In this document: positions 1 to 42,965 of the stretch, piece after piece | Position numbering within the stretch: position 1 is the stretch's first letter | Layout: each line of letters begins with the position of its first letter | DNA from: Mustelus asterias | Taxonomy: Eukaryota | Assembly (NCBI RefSeq): GCF_964213995.1 | Contig: NC_135815.1 | Span: 50,158,001-50,222,000, forward strand | Direction: 5' to 3' | Length of the DNA stretch: 64,000 bases | Program-made: the position numbers and the translations under genes | The notes under the pieces: model-generated | Databases searched by the model: none | Seen by the model: the letters and a program-made list of their open reading frames with translations, nothing else | Told to the model about the DNA's origin: nothing

Positions 1-212
1 TGTCACACAGAAGACTGCCAACACAGATGCCTCTCCTGAAAGCAAAACAAATAGCATTAATAAATACTGAAAACTGCTTCTTGTTACAATAAATGTCTTA
101 GTCAAAAATCAGGCAGGCATGAGGTCACATTTCTAATAGATACAAAAAAGTGAGTTTAAAAAGCTGTAACTGACAAAGCATGTCCAGTCATTTTATGAGA
201 GACAATACATAC

Positions 213-31200
<30,988 letters not shown>

Positions 31201-31631
31201 CACCTACTGGGAATAAAATTATTTATTTATAAAGCATTTTAAGATTGTCAATATTGATAAAGTTCTTAAAAGTATTTATAAAATGTATAATTCATTGGCT
31301 GAGAAGTGTTTTGGAATTTTCTGAGCAAGTCAAAGGCACCATATAAATGCAAGTTATTTTCTTTATAACAATACATTTTTATAATAAATATTGCACCATC
31401 ACCATTACAATATTAAAAAACTAAACGTTCAATTTGCTAATTTCAATGACATACTTCATTGATTAAACTAATTAATTCTTCAGCCATAAACACAACAAAG
31501 GTCCCAATATTGATAACTAAACTGAATTAGCATATTTCTGCTTGTTTGCATTTATATGAAATTCAGTTAACAAGTTAGATGTATAAGGAAAGAGAAATAA
31601 AGGGATATAGGAAGAAAGGGATATAGGAAGG

Positions 31632-31972
31632 GGGTGGCACGGTAGCACAGTGATTAGCACTGCTGCTTCACAGCTCCAAGGACCTGGGTTCAATTCCCGG
31701 CTTGGGTCACTGTCTGTGTGGAGTTTGCACATTCTCCTCGTGTCTGCGTGGGTTTCCTCCGGGTGCTCCAGTTTCCTCCCACAGTCCAAAGATGTGCGGG
31801 TTAGGTTGATTGGCCATGCTAAAATTGCCCCTTAGTGTCCTGGGATGCGTAGATTAGAGGGATTAGTGGGTAAAATATGTAGGGATAAGGGGGTAGGGCC
31901 CGGGTGGGGTTGTGGTCGGTGCAGACTCGATGGGCCGAATGGCCTCTTTCTGTACTGTAGGGTTTCTATGAA
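31632..31972 (+). mobile_element. Full-length HE1/V-type SINE
   Basis: tRNA head, central domain, tail; near-identical to 37639-37961. Confidence 0.9.
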
Positions 31973-32299
31973 GTTGTGGAATTTAGATTACTGCTCATAT
32001 GAAGGATAAAGGTGTCCTGATTATTCGAGCCAGGATCTGACACCTTGCACATATAGCCATTCTTATTTGTGAAGCAAGACAGTAGGATTTCATAAATGTT
32101 GACACATTTCAATCACATTTCAAATCTACTCGTGCATTTCAGGCATCAGTTAGGGATATGGGGAGCAGGCAAGAAAATGGAATTGAAGCCCAAGATGAGC
32201 CATGATCATATTGAGCGATTTTCACCAGGAGTAAAAAATGTCTCACTGCAATTGTACAGAACCTTGGTGAGGCCACACCTGGAGTATTATGGACGGCTT

Positions 32300-33265
32300 T
32301 AGAACATAAGAACTAGGAGCAGGGGTAGGCCATCTAGCCCCTCAAGCCTGCTCTGACATTCAAAAGATCATCGCTGATCTTTTCATGGACTCAGCTCCAC
32401 TTACCCACCCACTCACCATAACCCTTAATTACTTTACTGTTCAAAAATCTATCTATCTTTGCCTTAAAAACATTCAACGAGTAGCCTCAACTGCTTCACT
32501 GGGCAGGGAATTCCACAGATTCACAACCTTTTGAAGTTGCTCCTCAACTCAGTCCTAAATCTGTTCTCCCTTATTTTGAGGCACAGTACTCCAGATGTGG
32601 CCTCACCAGCACCTTATATATCCTTGCATATATAACATATCCTCCCTGTTTTTAAACTTCATCCCTCAAGCAGCAAAGGACAAAATTCCATTTGCCTGCT
32701 TAATTACCTACTGCATCTGCAAACCAACGTTTTGCGATTCATGCACAAGGACACCCAGATCCCTCTGCATAACAGCATGCTGCAATTGTTTACCATTTAA
32801 ATAATAGTCCATTTTGCTGTTATTCCTACCAAAATGGATGACCTCACATTTACCAACATTGTACTCCATCTGCCAGACCTTGCTCACTCAAACTATCTAT
32901 ATTCTTTTGCAGACATTCAGTGTCCTCTGCACACCTTGCTCTACTACTCATCTTAGTGTCACCTGCGAACTTTGACACACTACACTTGATCCCCAACATC
33001 AAATTATCAATGTAAATTGTAAACAGTTGTGGTCCCAATACTGATCCCTGAGGCACACCATTTGTCACTGATCGCCAACCAGAAACATATCCATTTACCC
33101 CCACACTTTGCTTTCTGTTCGTTAACCAATCCTCTATCCATGCTAATACATTACCCATAACACCATGCACCTTTATCTTATACAGCAGCCTTTTGTGCAG
33201 CGCCTTGTCAAATGCCTTCTGGAAATCCACCAGTTCCCTATTGTCCACTGTGCTCATAATGTCCT
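32300..33265 (-). mobile_element. CR1 LINE fragment
   Basis: ORF 32850..33257 DFQKAFDK..GVPQGSVLGPQLFTIYID; (aacataag) tail. Confidence 0.9.
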
Positions 33266-33865
33266 AGGTCTCCTTTCCTAAAAAAAATACTTATTTGCCA
33301 TTGAGGAAGTGCATCAGAGGTTCCCCAAAATATTGCCCGGGAAGGTAGAATTGTCTTATGAGGAGAGATTGAGGAAACTAAGGTTGTATTCTCACCTTTT
33401 GGGGAATGAGAGGTAGTGTCATTGATACTTACAATATTCTTACATGACATGATAGGTTAGATGTGGCCAGAATGGTTGGTGAGTCTAGAACCAGGGAGCA
33501 CAGTGTGAGAATAAAGGGCAAGCCATTTAAGACTGAGGTGAAGAGGATGGTGAATCTTTGGAATTCTCTACCATAGAAGTTTAATAATTTGTTCAAAACT
33601 TAAATTGATAGGTTTTTGGATTCTATTTACATCAAGGGTATGGGGATAGTGCAGGAAAAATGGTGTTGAGGTAGATGATCGGTCATGGTCTGTTCCAATG
33701 GTGGAGCAGGCACAACGGGCCGAATGGCCCAATCCAACTCCGATTTCTTATGTTCTTATCCTTGCATTCCCTAAATGTTATTAACCTCCGGCACCTACCC
33801 AGCACAGTTCAGCTGACAAGCTACGATAAAGGGCACATTAATTAGTGATTTATCCACAAGGGTAC

Positions 33866-33930
33866 CTGACACTCTTCATTCTCTGGAAGCCGCCATTGTA
33901 GTTCCCACAATACACTTCGCCGCTAAGCAA
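33866..33930 (-). other. MTIF2: Probable non-coding first (5'UTR) exon of MTIF2; TSS uncertain
   Basis: CpG-enriched unique sequence ending in CAG|gtacc donor at 33866; the exon at 31203 has an acceptor, so an upstream exon is needed. Confidence 0.55.
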
Positions 33931-34175
33931 CAGATAGCGAATGAAAACCCGTTGCGGCCATCTTAGTAAAGGAGACCCGAATCGATAGGCGAATCTGGTG
34001 GCCATCCTAGTAAAGGAGACACTGATCGATGACTAGTTTAGTAAAGGACTCTCAATCGATGACCGAGTCCGATAGCCATCCGAGTAAAGGAGATCCGAAT
34101 AGATGGCCGGATCCGGTGGCCATCATAGTAAAGGAGACTCTAATAGATGGCCCGTTTAGTAAAGGAGACTCATTT
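33885..34175. promoter_or_regulatory. Putative MTIF2 promoter: YY1-like GCCGCCAT, ZNF143/SBS-like TTCCCACAATACAC and six imperfect (GGCCATCN)TAGTAAAGGAGAC repeats
   Basis: Motifs read directly; locally CpG-rich in a CpG-poor background. Confidence 0.5.
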
Positions 34176-34380
34176 CCGAGCGTTTCACAATCCATGAGTA
34201 GCTTAGGCGTTGAGGTTGACCAGCTTTACACAATTTGACAGCGCCGATTCCAACATTAAAAGTGACTACGGTTCAAAAATACTTTATTGGCGGCAAAGTG
34301 CTCAGGAGTGTTCAGTGATCGTGAGCCGTGCTATATAAATGCAAATCTTTCTATGAGGCCAAGATCTGTTATGATTCCTC

Positions 34381-34441
34381 TTACAGTTGAATAGTATGAT
34401 AATATTCATGCGATGAATATTATCTTACTATTCAACTGTAA
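34381..34441. repeat. AT-rich palindrome, 29-bp arms, 3-nt loop, 1 mismatch
   Basis: ttacagttgaatagtatgataatattcat-gcg-atgaatattatcttactattcaactgtaa. Confidence 0.9.
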
Positions 34442-35108
34442 GCTGGCCACCAGATTCGCCCATCTATTCGTATAGAAATAGCTGGAACAATAACAATAGA
34501 ATTTGCAATTTTCTATTGCTTTATCATTTCTGTATTATAGTATGGTTCTGAAGCACATTCAATCAGTCGTAACATTTACAGTTTTATTGGTCAAAAAGGA
34601 CTGGGACAAGAAAAAGGACATAAAAATTGCATAAAGTGATTTTTATCCACCGAGCCAGTGACTTCCTCTGCCCTTTCCCTCTTTTCCATTCTAATACCTT
34701 TTTAAATTAAGTCATTGCCTCTGTCTCCAGTAGCTATTCTGGTAAAACATTCCTTATTCTAATAATTTTCTATGAAAACATTTTTAACTTCACCCTCACC
34801 CTTCCTCCCCCCTTGCTCTTCGAGTCATAATCGTCAGGTCTTGACTCATTTTCCTCAATTTGCTGTTACCATCCCAGCTGATGTTGCTACTGTCGGGCGG
34901 CATGGTGGCATAGTGGTTAGTACGACTGCCTCACAGTGCCAGGGACCCCGTGTTCGATTACTGGTTGGGTCACTGTGTGGAGTTTGCATGTTCTTCCTTT
35001 GTCTGCGTGGGGATGCTCTGGTTTCCTCCCACAATCCAAACAATGTGCTGATTAGGTGCATTGGCCATGCTAAATTGTTCCTCAGTGTACCCGAACAGGC
35101 ATTGGAGT

Positions 35109-35348
35109 TGATGCACTACCAATCAAGCAAAGACTAGTTCGTATGCAAGAACAAATAGGCTTTTATTCGCAAAAGATTTGGAGCACACCCATGCTGATCA
35201 ACTGGTCCGGCGACTGAGGCAGGGGGGTTGGGAGCAGTCACCTTTATACCTGGACCAGGGGGGGAGGAGTCTCAGGCAGGGCCGGCAGGGGCATGCCCAG
35301 GCATGTCACACACACACACAGGCAATAGCTTAACAGTGGTTTACCACA
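35109..35348 (-). repeat. 3' LTR (240 bp)
   Basis: Direct repeat of 39463-39714. Confidence 0.95.
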
Positions 35349-35589
35349 TTCACCCCCTGCTTTTAAAAAAGAGTCTGGCGGGGGTGAAGTGGGTGGAACG
35401 ATATTTACAGAATTACAAATTTACAAATTCAATCTCTCTGGGGGCTTGATCTGCCGCTGCAACCGCCGTAGTGCCGGTTGTGGTGTCGGTTCCGGTGGCC
35501 GCGGTGTTGGTTCAGGCACCAGGCCGTAGTCGCTCGAGTCGTCTGTAGTCCCTTCCGACAGTCGGGTGCGTGGTGGCGGCTCCTGGGGC

Positions 35590-38226
35590 TCAGGCGTGCT
35601 GTATACGGGGGTTGGGGGTGTGGGGTTGTGGGTTGTCGTGGTCCCTGGGGCACCTGCGGGTGCCAGGTCTCAAATGGAGACCGTGTCCTCCTGCCCGTCG
35701 TGGTACGCCACATAGGCGTATTGGGAGCTGGACCCTTTCGACCAGGGGGTCCGACTTATGGGTCCTCACATGCTTCGGGAGCAGGACAGGGCCTGGGGAC
35801 GTCAGCCACGACGGTAGTGAGGTCCCTGAGGAGGACTTCCTGGGGAAAACAAACATTCTTTCATGAGGGGTAGTATTGGTAGCTGTGCAAAGGAGTGATC
35901 TAATCGAGTGTAGTGCATCAGGGAGGACCTCTTGCCAGCGGGTGACTGGAAGTCCTTTAGACCTCAGAGCTAGTAAAACGGCCTTCCAAACTGTCACGTT
36001 CTCCCTCTCTACCTGTCCGTTCCCCCTGGGGTTGTAGCTGGTGGTCCTACTCGAGGCTATGCCTTTGGAGAGCAGGTACTGTCGCAGCTCATCACTCATA
36101 AAGGAGGATCCCCGGTCGCTATGGATATAGCTAGGGAAACCGAACAGGGTGAAGGGGCTGTGCAGGGCCCTGATGACCGTGGCTGAGGTCATATCCAGGT
36201 AGGGAATAGCGAAGGGGAAACGTGAATATTCGTCAATGATGTTGAGGAAGTATATATGTTGTGGTCAGAAGAGGGGAGGGGGCCTTTGAAGTCGACGCTT
36301 AGGCGTTTGAAAGGGCGGGTAGCCTTTATGAGGTGTGCTCTGTCTGGCCGCTAGAAGTGCGGCTTGCACTCTGCGCAGACCTGGCAGTGTCTGGTTATAG
36401 ACCTGACTTCCTCAATGGAGTAGGGCAGGTTATGGGCTTTAATGAAGTGAAAAAACCTGGTGACCCCCGGGTGGCAGAGGTCGTTGTGGAGAGTCTGCAA
36501 TTGATCTATTTGTGCACTGGCACATATTCCCCGGGACAAGGCGCCTGGGGGCTCATTGAGCTTCCCGGGCCGGTATAAGATGTCGTAATTGTAGGTGGAA
36601 AGCTCGATTCTCCACCTCAATATTTTATCATTTTTGATCTTGCCCCGCTGCGTGTTGTTAAACATGAATGCAACTGACCGTTGGTCCATGAGTAGGGTGA
36701 ATCGTTTACCAGCTAAGTAGTGGTGCCAGTGCCATACAGCTTCCACTGTGGCTTGGGCCTCCTTCTAGACAGAGGAGTGTCGAATTTCAGGGCCTTGGAG
36801 GGTTCGTGAGAAGAAGGCCACAAGTCTGCCCGCCTGGTTAAGGGTGGCGGCTAGGGTGAAGTCAGACACATCGCTCTCCACCTGGAACGGGATGGATTCG
36901 TCTACAGTGTGCATCGTGGCCTTCGCAATGTCTGCTTTGATGCGGTCGAAGGCCAGGCGGGCCTCTGCCGTCAGGGGAAAAGAGGTGGATTTGATGAGCG
37001 GACGGGCTTTATCCGCATAATTGGGGACCCACTGGGTGTAATACAAGAAGAAGCCCAGACATCTCCTCAGTGCTTTGAGGCTGGTGGGGAGGGGAAGTTC
37101 CAGGAGGGGACGCATGCGGTCGGGATCGGGACCGATGACCCCGATTTTCACAACGCAACCAAGGATGGCGAGGCGGCGTGTGCGGAATACGCACTTCTCC
37201 TTATTATAGGTCAGATTTAGGAGTGTGGCGGTGTGGAGGAATTTGTGGAGGTTGGTGTCGTGGTCCTGCTGATCATGGCCGCAGATGGTGATGTTATCCA
37301 GGTACGGGAAGGTGGCCCGCAGCCCATTCTGGTCTACCATTCGGTCCATCTCACGCTGGAAAACCGAGACCCCGTTGGTGACGCCGAAGGGGACCCTAAG
37401 GAAGTGATAGAGGCGGCCATCCGCCTCGAAGGCAGTATATTGGCGGTCTTCCGGGCGGATAGGGAGCTGGTGGTATGCAGATTTTAAGTCGATGGTGGAG
37501 AACACCCGATATTACGCAATCTGATTAATCATGTCAGATATGCGGGGAAGGGGGTACGCGTCCAGCTGCGTGTAGCGGTTAATGGTCTGACTGTAGTCAA
37601 TGACCATGTGATGTTTCTCCCCAGTCTTAACAACTACTAGAAACATAGAAACCCTACAGTGCAGAAGGAGGCCATTCGGCCCATCGAGTCTGCACCGACC
37701 ACAAGCCCACCCAGGCCCTACCCCCACATATTTACCTGCTAATCCCTCAAATCTACGCATGTCAGGGGCAATTTTAACCTGGCCAATCAACCTAACCCGC
37801 ACATCTTTGGACTGTGGGAGGAAACCGGAGCACCCGGAGGAAACCCACGCAGACACGAGGAGAATGTGCAAACTCCACACAGACAGTGACCCGAGCCGGG
37901 AATCGAACCCGGGACCCTGGAGCTGTGAAGCAGCAGTGCTAACCACTGTGCTACCGTGCCGCTACTTGGGCTCTCCAGGGGCTGGTACTGGCCTCGATGA
38001 TCCCCTCCCCTAGGAGCTGTTGTACTTCAGACCTGATAAAAGCCCTGTCTCCAGCACTGTACCATCTGTTCTTGGTGGTGATGGGCTTGCAATCAGGGGT
38101 GAGATTTTCAAACAGTGAGGGGGGGGCGACTTTAAGGGTCGAGAGGCTGCAGGTGGTGCGTGGTGGGTGATTTAAGAACTGGTGATTGCAAACAGAGAGC
38201 GGAGGAAAAGGCCCATTATACTCCAT
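35590..38226 (-). pseudogene. Disrupted pol (RT, RNase H, integrase)
   Basis: IDLKSAYHQ, VPFGVTNG, YLDN, RNase H ESDVSD, HHCC (H..HPG..CQVC), IHSDRGSSF, GNGQVERE. Confidence 0.92.
37639..37961 (-). mobile_element. Young full-length HE1/V-type SINE inserted into Gypsy pol
   Basis: Interrupts SPWRAQV|VVKTGEK; flanked by ctact. Confidence 0.92.
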
Positions 38227-38283
38227 GGTGACACTTTTAAGGTGACACGGGAAATCTAGCCCCAGGAGTACAGCAGCGCAGAG

Positions 38284-39440
38284 TTATGGCAGCACGAGGA
38301 GCCTGAAGTTTTTGTACACTGTGCCCCGTACAGTCAGGGTCGCCACGCAGTACCCGAGGACATCCACCGAGTGGGACTTTGAAGCCATGGAGATTGTTTG
38401 CTTCACTGGCAGTACTGAAAGGGCATAGCGACTCACTGTGTTAGGGTGAATAAAGCTCTCTGTACTCCCACAGTCAAATAAACAGTTTGTAGTGCGACCG
38501 TTTACCTCGATGTCCATCATGGACCTGGCAAGTTGGTGAGGCCTGGATTGGTCCAGCGTAACCGAAGCCACCGTTGGATTTTGCGACGCGGCTGAGGGTG
38601 TCCAAGATGGCGGCCCGCACAGCTCACACAAGGCTGAAGGCGTCCAAGATGGCGGGTCGCACGCGACGCTACTGGGCTTGGAGGTCGACTTCGCTCTGCA
38701 TACCTTCGCATAATGGCCCTTCTTTCCACACCCGGAGCAGTTCGCATCCCTCGCCGGGCAGCGTTGTCAGGGATGCTTCCCCAGGCCACAGAAGTAGCAC
38801 TTCGGGCCTCCAGAGACTGCCGCAGCGGTCGGGTCATTGGTGGGACGTGGCATGGCGTAGGCCTGCGGCCCTCCCGAGTACAGAGGTGGTGGCGACTGCG
38901 GCGTCCACGATGCGTCCCCGTGGTCGGGGGTGTAGGCCTCGTGATTACGGAAGGCCACCTCTAACGAGTCGGCAAGCGCTACAGTCTTTTGTAGATCCAG
39001 CCCACCCTGTTCCAGCAGTCGTTGTCGGATATAGTTTGACCTGATACCCGTGACATAGGCATCTCTGATTAAGTCCTCAGTGTTTTGGGCGGCTGTTACG
39101 GCCTTGCAGTTGCAGGCCCTGCCAAGTGCTCGCAACGCATGCAGGAATTGGTCGTCCGATTCTCCTGGCTGTTGTCTGCGAGTAGCCAGAAGATGTCTGG
39201 TGTAGATTACTGGCTTTTTAAAAGTTCGATCGCATCCTCGTAAGTTTCAGCGTCTCTCATCATCGAGAATACTTGATCGCTTACCCGGGCATGGAGCACG
39301 TGTAGCTTGTCGGTTTCGGTCCGGATGACGGAGGCGGTGAGGAAAGTTTCGAAACATCGCAGCCAGTGATCGAAGCTGTTAGAGGCTCCTACGGCTTGAG
39401 GATCCAATTCTAATCTATTGGGTTTTAGTATCTGCTCCAT
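38284..39440 (-). pseudogene. Disrupted gag and protease of the Gypsy element
   Basis: MEQILKPNRLELDP..., IRDAYVTG..IRQRLLE, CYFCG..H knuckle, CLFDCGSTESFI protease motif; split across several ORFs. Confidence 0.85.
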
Positions 39441-39462
39441 CCCATTTTTTTGCAAATAAAAT

Positions 39463-39714
39463 TGATGCACTATCAATCAAGCAAAGACTAGTTCGTATGC
39501 AAAAACAAATAGGCTTTTATTCGCAAAAGATTTGGAGCACACCCATGCTGATGAACTGGTCCGGTGACTGAGGCAGGGGGGTTGGGAGCAGTCACCTTTA
39601 TACCTGGACCAGGGGGGGAGGAGTCTCAGGCAGGGCCGGCAGGGGCATGCCCAGGCATGTCTCACACACACACACACACACACACAGGCAATAGCTTAAC
39701 AGTGGTTTACCACA
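39463..39714 (-). repeat. 5' LTR (252 bp)
   Basis: Differs from the 3' LTR by about 4 substitutions plus a longer (CA)n; TATAAA and AATAAA on the minus strand. Confidence 0.95.
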
Positions 39715-41294
39715 GGAGTGTGACGACTAGGGGATTTTCACAGTAACTTCATCACTACTTGTGACACTAATAAATAAACTTAAAAACAGTCAGTCCCAGA
39801 ATGGAACCCTGACTTAGACTATAACTTATTTTTTGTTTAGAGACGGGTCACAGGACTGCTAGTTAACTTTTAGCAAAAGAATAAAACATGAAACGATTGA
39901 CTTTAATAGAATGTTCTTTCACCCCACCTGTATCTTCATAGATGTACATAGATTTTTAAGGATAACACAATTTACAAATATATCATATACTTTAATATTC
40001 TCAGTATCTACACAGTACATGTAAACCAACAGGCCAACTGTGGTCAGACACAATACACTCTCAAACCAAGTGGCAGATGCCACGCAATACAATTTTCTGT
40101 GGATTTCTCATCAAGTGCCCCCAAATGCTTGATTGTGAGCCAACTGGTCTCACTGGAACTCCAAACTTCTACACAAGTAAATCCAAATTCCACTCTCAAA
40201 AAACAGGCCTTAGAACCATCTTCCAAACAACACTTTCTCTTTAGAGAGATTTAAATCTCTCCTTTCAGTATTCTTAAGCTCTACATTGCCACGTGTATTC
40301 AAATGTCCACACAATATGTCAGGTACCCAGCCATGCCAACAGACCACTACTGCTTCATAGAACGTGCTAAGGTCACAAACCTTAGATTACTTCAGATATT
40401 TGACTTCTCACTAGCCAACCAGGTTGACCTCAGATTAATAAAGCATCAGAATACAGCATTGCCAGGATGCACTTTCACCTACTTTAGTTCACAGTTAATC
40501 TTTAACAAAGAGCCTTACATGCTTTCTGATAAGAAGTGATATATTTATATCTTCTCACTGTTTATTTTCAAGACTATGACCTTGATGGCTTGCGTCTCCC
40601 AGTTATTGTAAGGAATGTTTCACTTCACATGAGCATTCATGATTTTAATAACCATTAGGTTTTTTTTGGTTCCCCATTTTCCAGTCCAATTACTGACTCT
40701 ATTTTGAGGACACAGTCAATGCAATTCTTAGGGCATTCTTCGTACAAAAAAATTATTTTTGATGTGCAATTACTCTTATTATGCAGGCAAACATCAAAGG
40801 GGCGGGGAGGGAAGGACAAATGAAATGGTTTATGGTAGAAAAAAGGCATTTGGGCTTTCCTTACCTCTCAAAAATACCAGAGGCTCAGCCAGGGGATTAG
40901 AGTATGCAGTACATTTCCTCAGCCCAACATCACTCACTTATAGTTTTGTTGTTTCCTCCCATTCAACCAATTTCTTAGCCACCTCGAAACTGAAAGACGC
41001 AGTGCCTATAGCTTTGTATATCACCCTTTCATTTGGAACTTTATTAAAGGCTTTTTGCAAGTTTAGGCCCACCGTATGATAGGACCTCCCAAGGTCCTCA
41101 TAGGATGTCACTTTCTCAAAAAGAACAATATTGGCTGGAAAGCATCTGTACCTCCTGAAGTTACATTGGTTGCCATTTAATGGGCTATTTAAAGAAATGT
41201 GGAATAATACTCATTAATTACAGGTTATTTTGTCTTCTGAGTTCACACAAGTCTGCTGCAATCTTCTGAGGTTTGTTCTGGCAATGGTGTTCTC

Positions 41295-41968
41295 GATGTG
41301 GAGATGCCGGCGTTGGACTGGGGTAAACACAGTAAGAAGTTTAACAACACCAGGTTAAAGTCCAACAGGTTTATTTGGTAGCAAAAGCCACACAAGCTTT
41401 CGGAGCTGCAAGCCCCTTCTTCAGGTGAGTGGGAATTCTGTTCACAAACAGAGCATATAAAGACACAAACTCAATTTACATGAATAATGGTTGGAATACG
41501 AATACTTACAACTAATCAAGTCTTTAAGAAACAAAACAACATGAGTGGAGAGAGCATCAAGACAGGCTAAAAAGATGTGTATTGTCTCCAGACAAGACAG
41601 CCAGTGAAACTCTGTGGGGGTTCCGCACACACGAGGACGGCCTCAACCGGGATATTGGGTTCATGTCACATTATTTGTAACCCCCACAGAGTTTCACTGG
41701 CTGTCTTGTCTGGAGACAATACACATCTTTTTAGCCTGTCTTGATGCTCTCTCCACTCATGTTGTTTTGTTTCTTAAAGACTTGATTAGTTGTAAGTATT
41801 CGCATTCCAACCATTATTCATGTAAATTGAGTTTGTGTCTTTATATGCTCTGTTTGTGAACAGAATTCCCACTCACCTGAAGAAGGGGCTTGCAGCTCCG
41901 AAAGCTTGTGTGGCTTTTGCTACCAAATAAACCTGTTGGACTTTAACCTGGTGTTGTTAAACTTCTTA
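41295..41968. mobile_element. Penelope-like fold-back insertion: 290-bp inverted arms, GIY-YIG C-terminal spacer, tail on the left arm
   Basis: Arms 41333-41622 / 41679-41968 (1 mismatch seen); spacer FRTHEDGLNRDIGFMSHYL*; 12-bp TSD aatggtgttctc (41283-41294, 41968-41979). Confidence 0.92.
41874..41910 (+). ncRNA. Minimal hammerhead ribozyme motif (mirror copy in the left arm)
   Basis: cac-CUGAAGA-A-GGGGCU/UGC/AGCUCC-GAAA-GC-UU-gug. Confidence 0.78.
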
Positions 41969-42965
41969 ATGGTGTTCTCATCAGAGATTCTTTAAGTTGG
42001 TTTATTAATGTAGCAAAATTCACCCAAGAAGTCTTTCTCCTTGATAATCTTGCTGATGATTGGTCACTATAAGATTGCTAGTTCCTTGCTTTTTATCAGT
42101 TGCTGACATACATTGTGGATTCTATCAAGAACGATGCTTCATTGTTGCAGAAAGTGCAGTGTTGTTCTGGAACACTAACATTCATTACTGAGAGTTCAGT
42201 AAAGTACAGTATCAATGCATCAGCCACACTTTGAATATACTAAAGGAACCCATCTTTAGCAAACTTGATATCCATTTTAAGTTTCTGCCTGCAAATTCTT
42301 TGATCTTGTATTAGCAAATCTCTCCAGATGTTAGCTTCTTGCCTTTATTGTTTCAACATATGTTTATATCTCAATATCAGTAGCTGATCATTCTGTATTT
42401 TCACTCAGCTTCTTGGACACAGTTTCTGTTACAATTAAGTTTTTCCCTGGGACATATTTCCTTTTACAAATGATACTGTTACATTACATCATTTAGCATG
42501 TTCAGCAGCTTCATCAATAGTCCCAGCTTATTATATTCTCTTGCATTTTTAGAAAGTATTGACATTGGAACCTCTTAAAGTATATTCATAGTATAAGGGA
42601 AGACATCATCCACAATCTTTACAGGCTCACACTTGAGCAGATCATTGTTTCCAATACACCAGCGTGGATTTCACTGTAATAATACAGTGAGGTTATCAGC
42701 ATTGGTCATAATTACAGGATAAACATGACAGAAATGTCTGGCGTCCACATGTACAGTTAAATGCAGAAATCCAGAAGTTGCCACATCTGGAAACACATGC
42801 TGGTCCTCAGTCCATGAGAAATGATGACATGTAGCTTTAAAGAGGTGTATCTTGAATGACTGCCAATCATTACCCACCTCAACAGGATGTATTAGTCCTA
42901 TAATTGTTGGTCAGTCTATGAGCAACAGTGATAGAAGTCAGATGTACCATGTTAAGCTCCCAGTG

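Larger units (their letters stand above)
35109..39714 (-). mobile_element. Ty3/Gypsy LTR retrotransposon (Mag-like gag), full structure but defective
   Basis: TG..CA LTRs 39463-39714 and 35109-35348; 5-bp TSD GGAGT; gag-PR-RT-RH-IN order; PPT next to the 3' LTR; stops, frameshifts and a SINE in pol. Confidence 0.95.
34895..39782 (+). mobile_element. HE1/V-type SINE split by the Gypsy insertion (34895-35108 and 39715-39782)
   Basis: Rejoined halves match the uninterrupted tail copy at about 27285-27400 (ccgaacaggcactggagtgtggcgactaggggattttcacag). Confidence 0.85.
40600..42960 (-). mobile_element. Highly degenerate Gypsy-like internal region (possible integrase-before-RT order)
   Basis: Faint motif remnants only: CHVY near 42730, RT-like pieces 42000-42300, RNase H-like SDVGL near 40930. 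Confidence 0.3.

Noticed and set aside
33954-34172. CRISPR-like repeat-spacer array
   Set aside because: Repeats are short and degenerate, spacers are related to each other, no cas genes, vertebrate context
37512-38013. Conserved small-protein family (also at 20090-20448, 31517-31835, 50886-51249)
   Set aside because: Translations of the same SINE, not genes
35109-39714. Active or domesticated retrotransposon gene, or endogenous retrovirus
   Set aside because: Multiple stops and frameshifts, a SINE in RT, YLDN instead of YxDD, and no env
41442-41859. Pair of near-identical small proteins on opposite strands
   Set aside because: Artefact of the palindromic arms (Penelope 3'UTR)
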